Assembly (NCBI GenBank): GCA_024137785.1
Contig: JAHRHZ010000144.1
Location: 45,845,151 to 45,909,150, forward strand
Reading direction: 5' to 3'
From: Ginglymostoma cirratum
Lineage: Eukaryota
DNA length: 64,000 nucleotides
In this document: one piece after another, positions 62,800 to 64,000 of the stretch
Layout: each line of letters starts with the position of its first letter
Numbering within the stretch: position 1 is the stretch's first letter
The notes under the pieces: generated by a model
Seen by the model: the letters and a program-made list of their open reading frames with translations, nothing else
Database searches by the model: none
What the model was told of the DNA's origin: nothing
Made by a program: the position numbers and the translations under genes

Positions 62800-63650
62800 A
62801 CTACTTGTAGAACAAACCATTGGTCTGCTGAAGATGGCATTCCTGGAAAGCCAAGAGGTGCCATGTGTACACTCCAGGCAGTGTGTCCTGGATCATTATG
62901 ACATGCTTCACCCTCCACAGTCTCTGTCACAAAGGAGGTGTGTGTTGGCTGAGGAAGAGGTGCAGAAGGAAGGGGAAACCTCTGAGGAGGAAGATGAGTG
63001 TGAGCATCCTTGGATGGATCAGAGTTGGCCCTCAGGGAGGAATCCATGGCAATGGTCCTGATCCTGGAGGCCAGAAACAAACTTCTGGCCACTTGCTTGC
63101 TGGATGACTGGGCTGGATTGAGAGATCTCCTGTTCCTGTTATCATGTCATTTGTACAGTTGGCTGTCACCCCTGTGCTTGCTATGTGCAACATTCCTCAA
63201 GGATTTTAAGTTGTTTATCAACTTGATTGATCTGTGCAGTAACATTTTGACATTTCTTTCTGGAGCCCCTCACATCTGTGGAAGATGAAGTGAGAGTACA
63301 AGCCTTTCCTTGGATTAGCATTAGTGCTGTAATACAGTCAGCACTTCCACAACCTCGCGGTCCTGGATGTTTATGGTAAAGTGGCCCTTGCACAAAAGAA
63401 TGACATTGGGGAATCCACTCTCGCATAACTATCACCAAATTGTCCCACATTCTGAGGCTACTCCTTATTCACCATGCACATTCTTGCTGCACTGCTGTAG
63501 AATGCAATGAGCCTTCATTGTACCCTTGCAATGCTTGAGTATCTTTACTGACACACCTTCCACCAGCATGGGCTATGAGGTTTTGAGCTGTTCCCTCCAT
63601 TCAACTCCATAATTATGACACATTGACCTTTAATATGGTTATTATCCACA
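62800..63650. mobile_element. PIF/Harbinger-like transposon relic (transposase C-terminus on +, possible Myb/SANT-like remnant on -)
   Basis: YTPGSVSWIIMTCFTLHSL resembles the Harbinger C-terminal motif Y-P--V--II--C--LHN, followed by an acidic stretch; the convergent minus-strand remnant is weak. Confidence 0.5.
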
Positions 63651-64000
63651 TGCCAACCTTAAATATTTAGTCACTTTAATTCCAGACAGACTTTTTCCTC
63701 CTGGAGCCAATAGATTCATGTTAGATTTTGCCATCACAAGCACATGCGTAGGGTCCATAATTGAGACATCCCAGGCCGTGATACCTCCCGTGACTTTATA
63801 AGTCACCTTGCATGTCCCTGAGATACATCTGTTGTGCACAAACTGCAATCCCTAACTTACAGACATGTGGCTGCTAGATGGATGGGGTGAACTCTAGATG
63901 TCCATTTTGCTGATTATGAAAGAGGTTCCAAAGTGCATGATTGAAATGCATCATATCATTTTACTGATTTGAAGATGTTTTACATCTTTCAGTTCAAATA

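Overview
This is eukaryotic vertebrate DNA, almost certainly a cartilaginous fish (shark) judging by its repeat content. The whole window is the interior of one + strand gene, formin-like 2 (FMNL2). Seventeen GT-AG exons (equivalent to exons 3-19 by analogy to human, numbering from memory) splice into one open frame of 2226 nt (742 aa) covering the GBD/FH3 region, coiled coil, FH1 and the first half of FH2. The start and end of the gene lie outside the window. The introns are filled with decayed retroelements (CR1, L2 and other CR1-group LINEs, Tx1, Vingi-like, HE1/V-SINE, Deu-SINE), Harbinger-like relics and a 400-N assembly gap. Three observations stand out. (1) A strong candidate 21-nt frame-preserving microexon at the FH1-FH2 junction (53108-53128) with SRRM3/4-type and RBFOX motifs, plus weaker candidate cassette exons. 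(2) Three families of small Penelope-type elements carrying minimal hammerhead-ribozyme cores; three fold-back copies of one family have 13-14 bp target duplications, and every readable sense-strand core is mutated while some antisense cores are intact. (3) Inverted CR1 copies bracket exons 13-19, which would circularise in frame. No searches were run; family assignments rest on remembered motifs, and repeat boundaries are approximate.
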